Source: an uncultured Oligoflexia bacterium (GTDB taxonomy: Bacteria > Bdellovibrionota > Bacteriovoracia > Bacteriovoracales > Bacteriovoracaceae). Taken from it: a stretch of 64,000 nt of DNA. The stretch lies in assembly GCA_937120495.1 (NCBI GenBank), contig CAKZJW010000085.1:15194-79193 (forward strand), written 5' to 3'. The translations under genes and the position numbers were made by a program. Below the pieces are notes generated by a model. The model ran no database searches and had not been told where the DNA came from. It saw only the letters and a list, made by a program, of their open reading frames with translations. Of the stretch, positions 28,933-38,206 are shown piece after piece. Every line of letters starts with the position of its first letter. The first letter of the stretch is position 1.

Positions 28933-30535
28933 TTCGAGTTGGTTCTCGAAGTTTAGAATTATAATTGATTCAAACTTTAAGACGAAAGAGAATGAGCTTT
29001 TTCATTCGATTCAAGCTTTTTTAAACGCTAATAAATTCACCATTACAGGAGAAGAAGAAAAAAATACGCTCTCTCCATTTGATGTTTATATAACAATTCA
29101 TGGAAATGAAGTTGAAATGTCTTTCAATCTTTCCTTTAAAGAAAAAAATATGTCATTGTTTCAAGAAGAAGAGAGTCGATTTAAACCTCTTGAAACTTTT
29201 GGGAATTTAGATGAATTTACTAAGTCATTTAATACATATATCCAACTGATAAAAATTGAAATTGAAGCTAGAGAGACAAAAATCTTTAAAGATACGTTAA
29301 AAACCTTAAAAAAGGATAGCTCAACAAAACAATTAAATACTTTTGAGTATAATGAACAAGACCAAAAAATCATCGAAGACTTTGAGCTGGAATTGTTCAA
29401 ATTAATTGATAAAGAGTCATTGGCGAACTTTGTTGAGAGTTATAATAAGAAAGTAAATTTTGATCTCTTTCTTATTCATCCAAAAGATATTAAAAATGAA
29501 GAATTAGAAATTTGCTACCCCTTAGTGATAGATTCAAATTTATTTATCCTTGCTTTTAATAAGTGTACTACTAGTACCGCAATTTCAATCTATGGTGCAT
29601 TCTCTAGTGCTGTTGAGAGAATAAGCTTAAAGGATGAAAAGAATCAAGGAGTAAAAGAGCTTGATAACTTGTTTTCAAAGCTTGATATCCCCTTAGCTAT
29701 CTTTGATCTAGATCAAAACCTAGTACTTCATAATGACTTGTTTATTAAATTGAATTTATCAGCAAAGGAATGCTTCGGTTTTAAAATTAATGAGCAAATT
29801 ACTATTGATAGCGATATCTATAAGGTTCAAAAAATCTTAAATTCGGAAAATAATCTTCTTCACTTAAACTTTATTCCTGTAAATGAAGTTCTTGGTAGTA
29901 GCGATTCTCCTTCCTCTGAAGAGTTGGGAATTGTAAGCTCTTCTATTGCCCATGAATTGAATAATCCTTTAGCGGGAGTTCTAGCGGCCTTAAATGTTTT
30001 AGAGTTGGATGACTACTCGGATGAAATTCATGAGAAGTTTGATCAAATGAAAGAGTCTGTAGGGCGTTGTAAAAAGTTAGTAGAAACCTTTCTTGGCTTC
30101 TCAAAAATCAATAATCAAAATCACGGATTAACCTCGTATGGAAAAGATAGTTTTTATCAAGCAATGGAGCTCATCCGTTTTAGACTAATTGAGAATAATA
30201 TAACAATCAATTATGACTATTCTCAAAAAGAAAAATTGTCATATCCTGTTAACTCTCATGTTCTTTCTATGATTTTTTATTTTTTTCTAGGGGAGTTGTT
30301 AACAAGTTTTTCTCATCAAAATCTAGTTGAGTTAAAAAATATTAAAAGAATCAATCTTGATATTATTGAGAATTACAATGGTATCGAATTCAAATACGAT
30401 GAACGAATAATATTGTCTGATAATATTACGAAATCAAAACTAATAGAACATTTAATTGAAGGTGAGAAAATGCAACTTAAGCATTCTCTTGGTTCTCTTT
30501 CTCTTATTTACAAAGAAGAGTTTGGAAAGTTATAG
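28922..30535 (+). CDS. Cytoplasmic histidine-kinase-like protein with a HisKA H-box and an atypical C-terminal domain
   Basis: The H-box is SSIAHELNNPLAGVLAAL. I could not find DxGxG or GxGxG ATP-lid motifs downstream. It overlaps the M23 gene by 11 nt when started at the ATG at 28922. Confidence 0.6.
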   Translation: MKNNSSWFSKFRIIIDSNFKTKENELFHSIQAFLNANKFTITGEEEKNTLSPFDVYITIHGNEVEMSFNLSFKEKNMSLFQEEESRFKPLETFGNLDEFTKSFNTYIQLIKIEIEARETKIFKDTLKTLKKDSSTKQLNTFEYNEQDQKIIEDFELELFKLIDKESLANFVESYNKKVNFDLFLIHPKDIKNEELEICYPLVIDSNLFILAFNKCTTSTAISIYGAFSSAVERISLKDEKNQGVKELDNLFSKLDIPLAIFDLDQNLVLHNDLFIKLNLSAKECFGFKINEQITIDSDIYKVQKILNSENNLLHLNFIPVNEVLGSSDSPSSEELGIVSSSIAHELNNPLAGVLAALNVLELDDYSDEIHEKFDQMKESVGRCKKLVETFLGFSKINNQNHGLTSYGKDSFYQAMELIRFRLIENNITINYDYSQKEKLSYPVNSHVLSMIFYFFLGELLTSFSHQNLVELKNIKRINLDIIENYNGIEFKYDERIILSDNITKSKLIEHLIEGEKMQLKHSLGSLSLIYKEEFGKL

Positions 30536-31803
30536 CTTGTATCATTTTCTTTAGAAAAAGAATCTAATATCTTGAAAACACTCGAGTCACTACCTTTCAC
30601 CATCTTACGGCTTAAAGATAAATATTTTCCAGAGTCTTTATTCGCGATTAACAGAGACTCAACAATAGGAATTATTTCCGCATGTAGATTATGTCTACGA
30701 CTACCTTTTTGATTATTTTCAAAACGGTTAATCAACGATTTTAAATTTGTAAGCATTTTCTTTTTCTGAGCCGGAAATTTAAAAATAGCTTTTGTGCTCG
30801 TATTTAAATTTAGGAAAGAATAGACGACAAATTGTTCTCTTACTAAGTGATGAGACACAATAAAATCTAGATGCGCGATTGAATATTCTTTCGGGGTGTC
30901 AGTCGATTTACCATATCTGTTTTCAAGATATTCTAAAACATTCTCTCTTAATGTTTCATCATACTTAGAAAAGTGATTGTTGAATCTAAAGATTCCCTCT
31001 AAGATTGGTTTTATAAGTCGAATTGTAAGTATTTCCCAGTCGATCATCGTAAGAAATTTCTTTATAAATTCAATCTCTTCTTTGGGATTCTCAATTGGTA
31101 GTGTTCCAAGGATTAAGCCTCGTTCACCCTTTAGGAGAATTAACATCGAGCAGTTGTTTTCTAATATTTTATTTATAATTACTTTGTGATCAGTATTGTT
31201 TTCGTAGTGAATTCGGTCAAGCTCAAATTTGTTTTTAGGATAGTAAAGTTGATTAACTTTTTTAATTCCTTTTTGAATAAAGCTTTCTAGGAATTTTAAA
31301 AGAAGCTTTGCTGTGGCTCTTGCATCATCATGTGCTCTGTGGGCGTTTGAATGATTTATCTCAAAGAGCTGACTCATATAATTTAAATTTGAATTCATAA
31401 TATCTGGAATCATATGTTTCGTCATAACATTGGTACAGATCACTTTATTTGTTAGAGGTTCTCTTCCTAATCTTGCAAGAACTCCGTTCAAAAAGGGAAC
31501 ATCAAATGAAGTATTGTGAGCAACTATAATATCATCACCTATAAAATCTAAGACTTCATCTATCACTTCATGAATTTGTGGTTTTCCAGTTACATCTTTT
31601 TGCTTGATTGAAGTTAACTTTTGGATAAACTCTGGAATAGGTTTTTTGGGATCAATGAGAAGGTTTTTTTCTTCTCCAAGTTGCAAATTTTCAACTCTAA
31701 CCATACCAATTTCAATGATACGATCCGTTGTGTGATTTCCACCAGTCGTTTCAAGGTCTAGAACACAAAACGATAAATTTTCGAGTAATTCCCTAGAAGA
31801 CAT
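30508..31803 (-). CDS. DEDDh 3'-5' exonuclease (DnaQ/epsilon-like) with an uncharacterised C-terminal domain of about 250 aa
   Basis: It has Exo I VLDLETTG, Exo II VAHNTSFDVPFL and Exo III HRAHDDARATAKL. Its ATG shares one nucleotide with the punA stop codon (TAATG). Confidence 0.8.
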   Translation of the reverse strand: MSSRELLENLSFCVLDLETTGGNHTTDRIIEIGMVRVENLQLGEEKNLLIDPKKPIPEFIQKLTSIKQKDVTGKPQIHEVIDEVLDFIGDDIIVAHNTSFDVPFLNGVLARLGREPLTNKVICTNVMTKHMIPDIMNSNLNYMSQLFEINHSNAHRAHDDARATAKLLLKFLESFIQKGIKKVNQLYYPKNKFELDRIHYENNTDHKVIINKILENNCSMLILLKGERGLILGTLPIENPKEEIEFIKKFLTMIDWEILTIRLIKPILEGIFRFNNHFSKYDETLRENVLEYLENRYGKSTDTPKEYSIAHLDFIVSHHLVREQFVVYSFLNLNTSTKAIFKFPAQKKKMLTNLKSLINRFENNQKGSRRHNLHAEIIPIVESLLIANKDSGKYLSLSRKMVKGSDSSVFKILDSFSKENDTSYNFPNSSL

Positions 31804-32636
31804 TATTTATTTTTTCCAATTTGATCAACAAGTGCAGATACTAAATTTGAAAATTTACTCATTGCGATTTTTGCAACTTCTTTAACATCTTCATGCTTTA
31901 ACTCTTCTCCACCAATTCCGGCAGCAAGATTTGTTACACAAGAAATCCCCGCAACTTTAAGTCCCATATGGTTTCCAGCAATGGCCTCAGGTACAGTACT
32001 CATACCTACAAGATCGCCACCGATTGTTTTAAGCATTTGAATTTCAGCAGGAGTTTCATAAGTAGGACCTAGTAGTCCACAGTAAACACCTGTCTTTATC
32101 TCAAAGCCCAAAGACTTCGCAGCACTTATTGTAAGCTCTTGAAGAGCTGGATTGTATGTTCTTGTCATGTCAGGAAAACGTTCACCAAGTTCATCGATAT
32201 TTGGACCGATAAGTGGGTTTCTGCCAGTCATATTTATATGATCTTTTATAAGGACAAGATCTCCTGGCTTGTACGCAGGATTAATCCCACCAGCAGCATT
32301 TGTTAAAATCAATGAGCTACATCCTAGAAATTTTAATACTCTTGTTGGTAGTACTACGTCTTCAAGATTGTGACCTTCATATGTATGGTAGCGCCCTTGC
32401 ATTGCTGCAACTTTTACTCCGTGAACTTCACCGATAATTAATTGACCTTTATGTCCAGCAACTGTTGTTTTATAGAACCCAGGAATATCTTCGTAAGGAA
32501 TAATTGTTTTGTTTTGTATCTCATCAGCATAAACACCAAGACCAGAGCCAAGAATAATTCCAACTTCTGGAACCATATCTGTTTTAGACTGGATAAACTC
32601 TTTTGCTGCATTTATTTTATCTAATACGCTACTCAT
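31803..32636 (-). CDS. punA: Purine nucleoside phosphorylase (trimeric PNP family)
   Basis: It has GIILGSGLG, MQGRYHTYEGH, LTNAAGG and VGMSTVPE. Confidence 0.88.
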   Translation of the reverse strand: MSSVLDKINAAKEFIQSKTDMVPEVGIILGSGLGVYADEIQNKTIIPYEDIPGFYKTTVAGHKGQLIIGEVHGVKVAAMQGRYHTYEGHNLEDVVLPTRVLKFLGCSSLILTNAAGGINPAYKPGDLVLIKDHINMTGRNPLIGPNIDELGERFPDMTRTYNPALQELTISAAKSLGFEIKTGVYCGLLGPTYETPAEIQMLKTIGGDLVGMSTVPEAIAGNHMGLKVAGISCVTNLAAGIGGEELKHEDVKEVAKIAMSKFSNLVSALVDQIGKNK

Positions 32637-33967
32637 TACTTTACATCCTTCGCTTGAATCACTTCGTGAATTGTCTTAGGCTTCTGTACTTTTTGCGCAG
32701 ATATTTTTACAACTTCTTTTAAGAATCTTTCCTGAATGTATTGAACTTCTTTCTTTTGGTTTTTGTTGTGATAGATCGTAAAGATGCTATCGCCTTTGGA
32801 AACTTTGTCTCCAAGTTTTTTGTTAAAGTAGAATCCAACTCCAAAATCAATTTTATCTGTCTTAACTTTTCTTCCGCCACCAATCTCTGTGCATAAAAGA
32901 CCGATTTGATCATTCTTAAACGACTTAATCCATCCCGATTTAGGCGCAAGAACTTCAGTTCTTTCTTTTGCAATAGGTAGCTTGTCGTAATTCGTTATAA
33001 AACTTGTATCTCCGCCTTGGTCTTTAATCATCTCTTTAAATTTCTTTAAAGCTGAACCGTTAGCGACAGATTCTTTTGCTTTTTTTAGAGCTGCAGAATA
33101 AGTTTTTTCAACTCCACCGATATGAATCATTCTTGCAGCAAGAGCAAGTGAGATTTCTGTAATATCTTTTGGACCGTTTCCTTTGAGAACTTCAACAGAC
33201 TCAATCATCTCCAGTGAGTTACCAACGGCATTCCCAAGAGGTTGATCCATGTTTGTAATTAGAGCGACTGACTTTTTATCAAAACGTTTTGCAGTACCAA
33301 TAATACTTTTCGCTAACTTTCTAGCATCACTAATACTTCCCATGAAAGCACCAGAGCCAGACTTTATGTCCATAACAATTCCATTAGCACCCTCAGCAAG
33401 TTTTTTAGACATAATTGAAGCTGTGATTAGTGGGATGGAGTCAATTGTTGCAGTAACATCTCTTAAAGCATAAATAAGTCCATCAGCAGGGGCAATTTCT
33501 TTGGTTTGACCAATAAGAACAATCCCTTTTTTATTTAAGCGCTTTTGAAACTCTTCAAGAGAAAGATTTGTTTTAAATCCTTTAACAGATTCAATCTTAT
33601 CTACAGTTCCACCAGTAAAACCAAGGCCACGCCCAGCAATCATAGGAACTTTTACTCCACATGCTGCAGCTATTGGCGCTAGAATAAATGAAGCTTTATC
33701 TCCAATTCCACCAGTAGAGTGCTTATCAACCACGTTTTGACCCTCAAAGGTTAAAACTTTACCAGAATAGAGCATTGCATCTGTTAAATATGCAGTCTCT
33801 TCGGTCGTCATTCCTTTAAGAAAGATGGCCATAAGAAATGCTGTCATTTGATAGTCAGCGATTTTCTTCTTCATGAGACCCTGGACAACCCAGTCAATCT
33901 CTTCTTTTGATAATTTTTTTCCGCGTTTTTTCTTGTCGATGATTTCGTACATTGAAAAATTTGGCAT
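32636..33967 (-). CDS. deoA: Thymidine / pyrimidine-nucleoside phosphorylase
   Basis: It has DKHSTGGIGDK, the glycosyltransferase family-3 core and a C-terminal alpha/beta domain. I prefer the ATG at 33967, which has an AGGTG RBS 6 nt upstream. Confidence 0.88.
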   Translation of the reverse strand: MPNFSMYEIIDKKKRGKKLSKEEIDWVVQGLMKKKIADYQMTAFLMAIFLKGMTTEETAYLTDAMLYSGKVLTFEGQNVVDKHSTGGIGDKASFILAPIAAACGVKVPMIAGRGLGFTGGTVDKIESVKGFKTNLSLEEFQKRLNKKGIVLIGQTKEIAPADGLIYALRDVTATIDSIPLITASIMSKKLAEGANGIVMDIKSGSGAFMGSISDARKLAKSIIGTAKRFDKKSVALITNMDQPLGNAVGNSLEMIESVEVLKGNGPKDITEISLALAARMIHIGGVEKTYSAALKKAKESVANGSALKKFKEMIKDQGGDTSFITNYDKLPIAKERTEVLAPKSGWIKSFKNDQIGLLCTEIGGGRKVKTDKIDFGVGFYFNKKLGDKVSKGDSIFTIYHNKNQKKEVQYIQERFLKEVVKISAQKVQKPKTIHEVIQAKDVK

Positions 33968-34093
33968 ATTCACACCTAAATTAGTTGGCAAATGTTATTT
34001 GCATTATTTAAAAGTAGAAATTACTATATTAGTAATTAGACGCCCTTGCAATAAAGTAATTATTTTCTATTGTGCGGCACAAAAAGGATAAAA

Positions 34094-34537
34094 ATGAAAA
34101 ATATAAATAAATTACTATTAACATTACTTACTTTGATTCTTACAACTCAAACTGTTTTTGCTCAATCAAATGATGCTGTTCAAGGCTTGGTGGACGATAG
34201 TAAAAACGACTTATTAATTGTTGTTGGTGGTGGACTTGCTGGTGCTGTTCTTGGTTTATCGACTCTTTCTTTTGTTGAAGAACCGAAGGAGCATACGAGA
34301 AATATTCTTGTTGGAGCTTCAATTGGTGTTATTGCCGGAGTTGCAATCGTTGCTTATACACAGGCTAATAAGTCTAGAGAAGCAATTTATGGGACAGGTA
34401 GGGAAGAGGCTTTTTTAAGAAGAGATACAAAGAACTTTGATACTTCACGTAGAGTATCTTGGCATTCATCAGAAACTCAACAAAAATTAAATCCAATTGT
34501 TTCTCCTTATCAGTTGAATTTTTCATTTAATTACTAA
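34094..34537 (+). CDS. Small exported/membrane protein with glycine-zipper segments
   Basis: The ATG at 34094 follows AAGGA. It has a signal peptide ending TVFAQ, then GGGLAGAVLG and GASIGVIAGVAIVA. Confidence 0.45.
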   Translation: MKNINKLLLTLLTLILTTQTVFAQSNDAVQGLVDDSKNDLLIVVGGGLAGAVLGLSTLSFVEEPKEHTRNILVGASIGVIAGVAIVAYTQANKSREAIYGTGREEAFLRRDTKNFDTSRRVSWHSSETQQKLNPIVSPYQLNFSFNY

Positions 34538-34690
34538 TAAACTTTAGCTAATTCTTACATTCATTAGTCTGTGAATTGCATTATCAGTGCAACAATGACA
34601 CTTCACGTATAAATACTTGCTTGTTTAACTTTACTATCATAAAAACTCTTAGTTAAATTAGATTACACGCAATTATAACTTGGAGGGACA

Positions 34691-35923
34691 GTGGAAGATT
34701 TTGGCTTACGATTAATGTCGGTTGTTGGTTTGTTTAGTATGATTTTGATTGGATTTATTTTCAGTTCAAATAGAAAAGCAATAAAATGGAAAACAATTGT
34801 TTCTGGAGTTCTACTTCAAGTTTGTCTTGGGTTGTTAATTTTAAAGCTTCCTTGGGGGCAACAAATTTTTGAATTCGCAAGAGAGCTATTCACTGGAATT
34901 TTAAATTATACGAACGAAGGATCTAAATTTGTTTTTGGAGACCTGACTAATTTCTCTAAAGTCGGATTTGTTTTTGCAACAATGGTGCTTCCAACAATTA
35001 TTTTTATGTCGGCTCTTATGAGTATTCTTTACCATATGGGAATCATGCAAATTGTTATTAATTTTGTAGCAAAAGTAATGGTTAAAATTATGGGAACATC
35101 TGGAGCAGAGTCTCTTTCTTGTGCAGCAAATATTTTTGCAGGTCAAACAGAAGCACCTTTAGTTGTTAAACCTTATATTAATAATATGACTCGCTCTGAA
35201 CTTTTAGCCATGATGACTGGTGGGATGGCCACTGTTGCAGGTGGTGTATTAGCTGCATATGTTGGATTTGGAATCGATGCTGGACATTTACTAGCAGCCT
35301 CGGTTATGGCCGCTCCAGCTGCCCTTGTTCTAGCTAAACTTTTTATTCCTGAAACTGAACAATCACAAACTGTTGGGGTTGTTAAACTTAAAGTTGAAAA
35401 AACTTATTCAAATATTATCGAAGCAGCAGCAGCCGGTGCTGGTGAAGGACTTAAGCTTGCAGTAAATGTCGGAGCAATGCTTTTAGCATTCATTGCTCTA
35501 ATAGCACTTGTAAATGGAATGCTTGGTTATGTAACAGGTGTTGTCGGAATTGAGGGTGTAACTCTTGAGAAACTATCTGGATGGTTATTTGCACCAGTAG
35601 CATTTATTATCGGTATCCCTTGGGAAGATTGTGTAAACTTTGGAAGTCTTCTTGGAAAGAAAATTATTTTAAACGAATTTGTTGCATACCTTGATTTAAA
35701 AACAATGATTGAAGCAAAAACAATGAGCCCAAGAGCAATTACAATGGCAACATATGCTCTTTGTGGATTTGCAAACTTTTCTTCAATTGCAATACAAGTT
35801 GGTGGGATTGGAACAATTGCTCCTGAAAGAAGAGGGGATCTTGCAAAGCTTGGAATGAAATGTCTTGCTGGTGGTATGATGGCAGGCTTAATGACAGCAT
35901 CAATTGCTGGTATATTTATTTAA
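34691..35923 (+). CDS. nupC: Concentrative nucleoside transporter (NupC family)
   Basis: It has a GTG start after GGAGGG. The protein is polytopic, with CNT-family blocks such as GTSGAESLSCAANIFAGQTEAPL and NEFVAY. Confidence 0.85.
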   Translation: MEDFGLRLMSVVGLFSMILIGFIFSSNRKAIKWKTIVSGVLLQVCLGLLILKLPWGQQIFEFARELFTGILNYTNEGSKFVFGDLTNFSKVGFVFATMVLPTIIFMSALMSILYHMGIMQIVINFVAKVMVKIMGTSGAESLSCAANIFAGQTEAPLVVKPYINNMTRSELLAMMTGGMATVAGGVLAAYVGFGIDAGHLLAASVMAAPAALVLAKLFIPETEQSQTVGVVKLKVEKTYSNIIEAAAAGAGEGLKLAVNVGAMLLAFIALIALVNGMLGYVTGVVGIEGVTLEKLSGWLFAPVAFIIGIPWEDCVNFGSLLGKKIILNEFVAYLDLKTMIEAKTMSPRAITMATYALCGFANFSSIAIQVGGIGTIAPERRGDLAKLGMKCLAGGMMAGLMTASIAGIFI

Positions 35924-35948
35924 TTATTACAAACAATAGGAGAGAAAT

Positions 35949-36368
35949 ATGAGTATGGTAAAAGAATTTAAAGAGTTTGCAGTAAAAGGAAATGTTATCG
36001 ATATGGCCGTAGGTCTAATTATCGGTGCTGCTTTTAAAGCAATCGTTTCATCATTTGTTAAAGATGTTGTAATGCCGCCAATTGGGAAAGCTTTAGGTGG
36101 AGTTGATTTTGCAAAATTATTTATTAATCTTTCAGAAACTTCATATGCAACTTTAGCGGAAGCAACTGCTGCAAGTGCACCTGTTATTAAATATGGTGTC
36201 TTTATTCAAACAGTTGTTGATTTTATTATTATTGCATTTGTTATTTTTATGGTTGTTAAGGGAATTAATGCTTCTAAGAAAAAAGAAGAAGAAGCTCCTG
36301 CTGAACCAGCTCCAACTCCTGAAGACATTGTTCTTCTAAGAGAAATTAGAGATTCATTAAAAAAGTAA
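35949..36368 (+). CDS. mscL: Large-conductance mechanosensitive channel
   Basis: [24 protein letters not shown] matches the canonical MscL N-terminus. It has two TM helices and is 139 aa. Confidence 0.92.
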   Translation: MSMVKEFKEFAVKGNVIDMAVGLIIGAAFKAIVSSFVKDVVMPPIGKALGGVDFAKLFINLSETSYATLAEATAASAPVIKYGVFIQTVVDFIIIAFVIFMVVKGINASKKKEEEAPAEPAPTPEDIVLLREIRDSLKK

Positions 36369-36382
36369 GTTTTTTATAAAAA

Positions 36383-36407
36383 CTGTGAAGGTTAGTAGCC
36401 TTCACAG
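36383..36407. terminator. Bidirectional rho-independent terminator (9-bp perfect stem)
   Basis: The hairpin is CTGTGAAGG-ttagtag-CCTTCACAG, with T-rich tracts on both strands. The right arm and loop encode the last codons and stop of the minus-strand gene. Confidence 0.75.
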
Positions 36408-37795
36408 TGATTTTTATTCGTCATCATATCTTTGATTAAATCTTGTGACTTTTTCCCTGCGTAATCCTGAGTCCATTCATAAGTAAGACATTCACGATCG
36501 ACCACTTGTTTTTTCATAAAAGAAATAATCCCTTTTAAGGCTTCAGCTTTAGTGAACTTATCCTCTTGTGCTTTTACTTTCTTTTGATGATCACTGGAAA
36601 CTGAATTCCAAAATCCGCCCCAGCTTCCTTTTAGTTCCTCGGAAAGCTTCTTAGATTTTTTCATCTCTTCTTTAAGAGCTTTAAGCGCCATTTTATAATA
36701 AACAGGATACTCAGATGGATTTGCCCCCTCTCTAGGTGCATATACTCCCAAAGCTTCAATCTCTTTAAAAGCTTGCTCAAAATACAGTTTATGATTTTTC
36801 ACAACAGCTGCAGTATCTCTAAGACTGTAAACATCGTTATAAGTAATTTGATTTAAAAGCTCTGAGTCTGGACAATTATCCTCTAGAGCATCCAATAGAA
36901 CAATTGTATCTTGCTCAAGCTCCTCTGGTAATATTGAACTTTTTACTTTAAATAGTCCCGGCTTAATTTCTTGAAAACTTGGAGACGTTTTGAGGCTTCC
37001 ATATGCTTTTTTCATAGTGCTTGTCTCTTGAACATAAGAGTCAAATGTTGCAGCTCTTAATGTCAAAAATTTTGCAGATAACATATCTTCTTGAATCGAA
37101 CAGCTAGTCAGCTTACTAACTTCACCATCAATATTACAATAAGTCGCTCCACTCTCTTTGCTAATAACTAATGTGGCAATTGCTGTCATATTTCCATATT
37201 TAAAAATATCAGTTTTTAAAAGTTGGTCAACAGAATTGATCTTAGCAACTTTATCTTCTTTAACTAAGAAATCGAAGATGTTCTGACCAGCAGCAGCAGC
37301 TTGATTACCAGGTCCAATATTCATATAGCCACCACATACTTCAAGGTTTTCAAAGTATTCTGCCCATCTTTGCGCTTGAGGTTTTGTTAATGAGTGACAA
37401 CCAGCTCCAAAAAATGAACGAATAGAATTTCTAAGTTTTGGAAATTTTGCAAGCTCTTCTGAAATTTCATTTGGATGAAGCTTATTAGTATACTCTTCTC
37501 CGTAATAGCCGTTGCTGTAAGTGTGATGTCCCGACATTATTAGTGAGGAGATCTCAACACCTTTATCATTTAAAGACTTTAAACTTTTTCTAAATTGCTC
37601 TGCTTTATAAGGTTTTTCAGCTTCAGTCGTAGGGAAAACATATATTTCTTCACCTCTAAGAGCAGCTGCTTTCTTCGCGGCCTTAACTTCATTAAAGGAA
37701 TTATTTAGATCTATAAAAACAATTGCCGTTTTTTTAGACTGTGCAAAGACGTTTAATGTAAGGAGAAAAAGAATTATAATTCTAGTAAAGGTCAT
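36392..37795 (-). CDS. Exported protein with a caspase-like (clan CD) His/Cys dyad pattern in the N-terminal domain
   Basis: It has the signal peptide IIILFLLTLNVFAQ. Each candidate catalytic residue follows a hydrophobic strand: SSLIMSGHH (H90/H91) and RSFFGAGCH (C133). Confidence 0.35.
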   Translation of the reverse strand: MTFTRIIILFLLTLNVFAQSKKTAIVFIDLNNSFNEVKAAKKAAALRGEEIYVFPTTEAEKPYKAEQFRKSLKSLNDKGVEISSLIMSGHHTYSNGYYGEEYTNKLHPNEISEELAKFPKLRNSIRSFFGAGCHSLTKPQAQRWAEYFENLEVCGGYMNIGPGNQAAAAGQNIFDFLVKEDKVAKINSVDQLLKTDIFKYGNMTAIATLVISKESGATYCNIDGEVSKLTSCSIQEDMLSAKFLTLRAATFDSYVQETSTMKKAYGSLKTSPSFQEIKPGLFKVKSSILPEELEQDTIVLLDALEDNCPDSELLNQITYNDVYSLRDTAAVVKNHKLYFEQAFKEIEALGVYAPREGANPSEYPVYYKMALKALKEEMKKSKKLSEELKGSWGGFWNSVSSDHQKKVKAQEDKFTKAEALKGIISFMKKQVVDRECLTYEWTQDYAGKKSQDLIKDMMTNKNHCEGY

Positions 37796-38012
37796 AGTGT
37801 TCCACCTTTAGATTTTGTTTCTTATAATACTTCTTTTTTATATCTTTCTTGAAAATATAGATCTTTGCATCAGTTGGCTTTTGCTTTATATGGTTTCTAA
37901 CCATCAAGTATTCTTGTGCTAATTTTTTGTTTTCCTTTTTTACAGGCTTTTGCGAGTTCGCAACAGCGAAACCAGCAACAAGGCTGAATACAATTAAAAA
38001 ATGATATTTCAT
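37782..38012 (-). CDS. Small exported basic protein, overlapping the start of the downstream clan-CD-like gene
   Basis: The second ATG (38012) lies 6 nt after GGGGGA. It has a signal peptide ending FAVANS and overlaps the next gene by 14 nt. Confidence 0.45.
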   Translation of the reverse strand: MKYHFLIVFSLVAGFAVANSQKPVKKENKKLAQEYLMVRNHIKQKPTDAKIYIFKKDIKKKYYKKQNLKVEHYDLY

Positions 38013-38206
38013 AAACATTCCCCCAAAACCTGATCGGAAAGATGCAGAAGAAGCTTTAGTTAAAAGCTCAAGTAAGAGGCGACGAAGCCTTATATTTCGC
38101 TAGATTATAGATTTCACTGGCATTAATGACCCTCGTCTTTTCGTTTATGCTTTGAAGAGTTATCCTATCTAAGTATTTAATTTAAAAAGTTTATAAGGTT
38201 ACATTC

